Source: Cyanophora paradoxa CCMP329
Taxonomy: Eukaryota > Plantae > Glaucophyta
Direction of reading: 5' to 3'
Length of the DNA stretch: 64,000 nucleotides
Assembly: GCA_004431415.1 (NCBI GenBank)
Contig: QPMI01000058.1
Coordinates: 186,001 to 250,000 of the forward strand
Shown: positions 60,294 through 64,000 of the stretch, piece after piece
Layout: every line of letters starts with the position of its first letter
How positions within the stretch are numbered: position 1 is the first letter of the stretch
The notes under the pieces: model-generated
The model's input: the letters and a program-made list of their open reading frames with translations, nothing else
Databases searched by the model: none
Told to the model about the DNA's origin: nothing
Made by a program: the position numbers and the translations under genes

Positions 60294-62545
60294 TCAGTTC
60301 CCGCGCTCGAGCTCGGTCCAGTTGTGCATTTCCATGCCGTTGGGGGCGCTTCCTTCCACCTGTCCCAAGGAGGCGCGTGGGCGGCGGGCGGCGGGCCGCG
60401 GGCGGAGGCGGGGCGCGGCGCAGGCGCACCCTCTTCTTGCCGACGTCCTTCCAGTTCGTGGAGAGGACCGTGCCCCCGGATTCGACCTGGGGCGGGGGCG
60501 CGCCGGGTCAGGCGCCGGCTCGCGCTTGGCTGGCGTTAGAAGAAGGTGCCGGCCCGGTTCTGAGCAAGATAGGAAGATCTAGATCAAGGTCTAAAGCCCG
60601 GAAACCCAAGGGCGGCGGCGCCCCGTCGCTACGCGGCGCCGGGCGACCGCACTCAATCCTTGTTCCACTGTTTCATGTCCATACCGGCCGGGGCGCTGCC
60701 CTCCACCTGCGGGGTACGGCATCGCTCGCACGGGGTACTGGTGCGATGGGGACGGGGGGGGTACGCGGCGCACCGGCTTCTTGCCGACGTCCTTCCAGTT
60801 CGTGGAGAGAACGGTACCCCCGGACTCGACCTACCGCCGGCGAAGCCAAGCGGGGCGAGGGAGGAACGGGGGAGGGAGGGAGGGAAAGGCCGAGGCCGCG
60901 TGAACGGGCGCGGCGGGGAGGCTGGGGGTGCGTGCTAGCCCCGGCGTGACGAGACCCGCTTCCAATCGCCCCAAGACAACACAGGCAAGCCAGAGAGAAA
61001 GGGCGCACGAAGGACTTGTTCATGGCGCGGCGCGTCTCCTCGTTGCCCTTCGAGTAAATGTCCTGTAGCAGCTTCGTGAGGCTGTCCTCGCCCGTTGGCT
61101 TCTCCTTCCCCAGCTCCTGCGCGGAGTAAGAGAGGCGAAAAGAAAAGGGAGGGGAAGGGGGAAGGGGCGCGCCTCCTCGATCTCGCGGTCGATTGCGCCC
61201 CAGTCCCGCTTCACTTTGCTAGAGGAGGGGTACGACGGCGGCTTGGCGGGCGCGGATCCGGTGGCGGCGGCCGGGGCGGCGGCGGCGACGGCGGCCGGGG
61301 CGGGCGCGGCGGCGGCGGGCGCCGGCGGGGGCGAGGCGAGCTTTTTCCCCTCCGGGGGCTCCTCCAGGGCGTCCCACTTCCTCGCGTGCCGCTTCTTCAG
61401 TTTCATTTCGATCTTGTACGGCCTGCGCGCTTTGGTGTGGGCCCCCGCGCCCGACCCGGCGCCCTTGTTAAGCAGCGCACGAGAACGAAGTGGTGGACTC
61501 GGCGGGGTCGATCGGGTCCCAGAGCGGCTCGAGCTCCCACTGATACTCCGCGCTCGTGCTAAGCTTGGCCATCACGTGCACCTGGCGCCGGGATTCGAAC
61601 GGGCGACGCCGAGGCGAAGCGGGGCGGAGCGAGGCGGACCGACTGCTCGCCGTACTCCACCTTCGTCTTCTCCTTGTCCACGTTCTTTACAAAGAGCGTC
61701 ACGAACACGTGCGTGTTGTTCTGGTACCACTCGTGCCTACCCGGCGCGCGGGAGAAGGCAGGAAAGGTCAGGTGGTGGAGGGGCCGGCTCGCTCGGCGCG
61801 AGAGCGCACCGGATCTTCTGCTCGGCGGGTGCGACAGGAGGAGCGGGCGCGGGGGCGGCGGCCGGAGCCGGGGCCGGCGCCGCCGCGGGCTTCGCGGCCG
61901 CGCGGCTCTCCTGTTCATCTGACCGACCATGTCAGAGCCGGCGGCGGGGCAGCGCGCGCGGCGGCAAGGAGCGCAAACACGAACCCTGAAGCTCGGCATC
62001 GCACTTGCGGATCCAGGTCTTAAACTGCGAGTTAGACGGCTGGAGCGCAAGACCCTTCTCGAACGCCGTCTTGGCGCTCTCGTACTCGCTGAGCTCGAAG
62101 CAGGCCACGCTGCGCACGCCGCATCCGCCTTTAGTCTCAACGTACAGCCGCACACGAAGCTGCGGCGCTGACCCCTTGCGCATGAAGTTGGTCGCGTTGC
62201 TGGGGTCCAGTTCGATGGCCTTGTTGGCGTCAGCGACGGCGTCTGCGCGAGACATTGAGCGCTCTGTGCGCACTATCGCTGCTTCCAAGCGCGCGGCACC
62301 TGTGTAGTTGGCGAGCTTGATGTGAGTATGTGCGCGGTGGCGGTAAAAGTCGGCGTTGGAGGCGTCCAGCTGGATGGCGGTGTTGAAGTGGACCAGGCTA
62401 TCCTCGAAGTTCTCGTCCACGAACGCGCTGCACCCCGCCGCAAAGGCTGACAGCGGAGCGACGTGTGAGCGGCCGACAGCAGCTGACGGCGCTGGAGGCC
62501 TCGAGGGCTGCGCGACGCACCGCTTTCAGGCGTGGTAATCGACAT
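60294..62545 (-). CDS. SGT1: SGT1 co-chaperone (TPR-CS-SGS) with two alternative sets of terminal exons
   Basis: TPR: AFVDENFED...AIQLD...[10 protein letters not shown]...KG|[13 protein letters not shown]...WIRKC. CS: RHEWYQ...KIEMKLKK...W..LE. SGS: YPSSS...DW...[21 protein letters not shown]|[17 protein letters not shown]...P.GM. Stops at 60653 (proximal set) and 60294 (distal set). Confidence 0.96.
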
Positions 62546-62648
62546 CTCTCCGGCTCGCCTGCAGACACACGGAATGGAAGAGGTTCAGGAATGTTCCTTG
62601 AACTCGGGCGCGAACGAAGTCAGGCTCTACCCGCCCCCATCAACCACC
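62546..62648. promoter_or_regulatory. Compact bidirectional promoter between SGT1 and the SDR gene
   Basis: 103 bp separate the divergent ATGs (62545 and 62649). Confidence 0.6.
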
Positions 62649-64000
62649 ATGGCCAGCTCCAAGCCCCTCGCGAACAAGATCGCCGTTATCACTGGTGCGC
62701 ATATGACGCGTTGACATCGCGTACGCCGGTTCCCGACGCCCCGGGCGCAGGTGCCGGGAGCGGGATAGGCAAAGCCGCCGCGGTGCTCTTTGCCGAGCAA
62801 GGAGCGAAGGTCGCCATCTGCGCGCGGCGCGAAGAGCGTGCGTGCCGGGCCCGCGTCGCCCAAGCCGCGATGCGCTCTCGCGCGCGTTCTCCCGTCGGCC
62901 GCGGTTCGAATTCGTGCGACCCGCGGCTGCCCCCATCCTGCCTGCAGGCTTGGAGGAAACTTCAAAGGACATCGCGAAGCTCGGCGGAGAGGTGCGCGCT
63001 CTGCTGAGACCGCAGAGCTCAAGCCCTCAGTTGAACGAGAGCTCGCGCGGGCAGGTCCTTATCCACGCCTGCGACGTGTCCAAGCCGGAGGATGTGAGCT
63101 CTTTCTTCGAGGCTGGTGCGCCGGCCCAAGCTCAGTCGCGACCGCTCAGCGGCTTAAGCTTGTCGGGCCTTCGCGCGTGGCAACCGCGGCGCCGGCATGC
63201 TTGCGGCGCCGGCGCGGGCAACGTTGACCGCGCCCCGTGCGCCTGCCCGTGCGGCAGTGACGGAGAAGTGGGGCAAGCGCATCGACATCCTCTGCGCGCA
63301 TGCCGGCGTGAACGGCGTCTGGGCGCCGATCGAGGAGCTTCAGCCCGACGAGTTCGGTGCGCTTAAGCTTGACCTCGAAGTCGAATCCAGATCTAAATCT
63401 AGATCTAAATATGGCCCTCGCCCCTCGTTCTCGGACCATTCGGGGCCTCGCAGATCACACGGTGGCCATCAACATGCGCGGCACCTTTCTCACCGTCCGC
63501 GCGGCTGTCCCGTACATGAAGCAGCACGGCGGGTGAGTCGACTCTTACGTTTGCTCTCTGGATTCGCCGCCCCATCGTCCAGACTCGTCCTGCGATCTCA
63601 CCGGCGATGTCAGCGTCATCCTCGTCACGTCGAGCATCAACGGGACGCGGCAGTTCGGCAAGCCCGGCGCCGCGATCTACGGCGCCACAAAGGGCGCCGT
63701 CCTCGCCTTCGCCAAGGCGCGATCGAATTCGAATTCGAATTCAAATTCGAATGCAAAAAGCGAGCCGGATATCGATTTGATCGCGCAGGTGCTGGCGGTG
63801 GAGTTGGGGAAGCACCGCATCCGCGTCAACGCCGTGTGCCCGGGCCTCATCGGCCAGGACACCCTCATCATGCAGGTCCGCCGGCCTAGATTCTGAGACC
63901 TCGGAGTCTCCCCGTACCGCCGCTGCCGCCGCTGCCGCGTGACGCCCGCGGCAGGAGCAGACGGAGCAGCGCCACATAGAGCACATCCAAATCAAGAAGG
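62649..64000 (+). CDS. Classical short-chain dehydrogenase/reductase, 3' end beyond the window
   Basis: LANKIAVITG|AGSGIGKA (TGxxxGIG), CDVS, IDILCAHAGVNG, N.RGTF, TSSING, YGATK (YxxxK) and IRVNAVCPG. Confidence 0.95.

Noticed and set aside
1-64000. Bacterial contamination or operon (SecA, histidine kinase, SDR, trypsin)
   Set aside because: All of these genes are split by numerous spliceosomal introns and are interspersed with eukaryote-specific genes (SGT1, PPP4R4, F-box).
1-64000. tRNA, rRNA or snRNA genes
   Set aside because: I recognised none by eye. A tRNAscan-SE or Infernal run would be needed to exclude them.

Overview
This is GC-rich, intron-dense eukaryotic nuclear DNA, not a prokaryotic region. 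It is most likely a glaucophyte (Cyanophora-like). That is an inference from a nuclear-encoded cyanobacterial-type SecA and a transit peptide starting MAAF. Most ORFs in the supplied track are GC-rich shadow ORFs or intron read-throughs, so I assembled the gene models by hand across GT/GC-AG introns. In order, the window holds: plastid SecA (5'-truncated); a small hypothetical gene; a ~1.4 kb displaced copy of the 3' end of PPP4R4; a ~16.4 kb RNF213/mysterin-like giant AAA+ E3 (CBM20, AAA core, variant RZ finger, no RING seen); a divergently transcribed RING-ubiquitin-like-GATase-like gene whose RING is hidden by an intron; intact PPP4R4; a plastid-targeted ABM-domain protein; an extensin-like secreted protein; an MIT-like/trypsin protease; a GAF hybrid histidine kinase with 8-15 nt micro-exons; a 5'-truncated non-LTR retrotransposon with a 15-bp TSD; an F-box/LRR-like gene; a hypothetical gene; SGT1 with a duplicated pair of terminal exons; and a bacterial-like SDR (3'-truncated). 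The best candidate for an undescribed system is the head-to-head RNF213-like + RING-Ubl-GATase-like pair. It sits in a ~21 kb block bracketed by direct repeats of the PPP4R4 3' end, and may be a ubiquitin-based defence island. Family assignments come from motif recognition; no database search was run.
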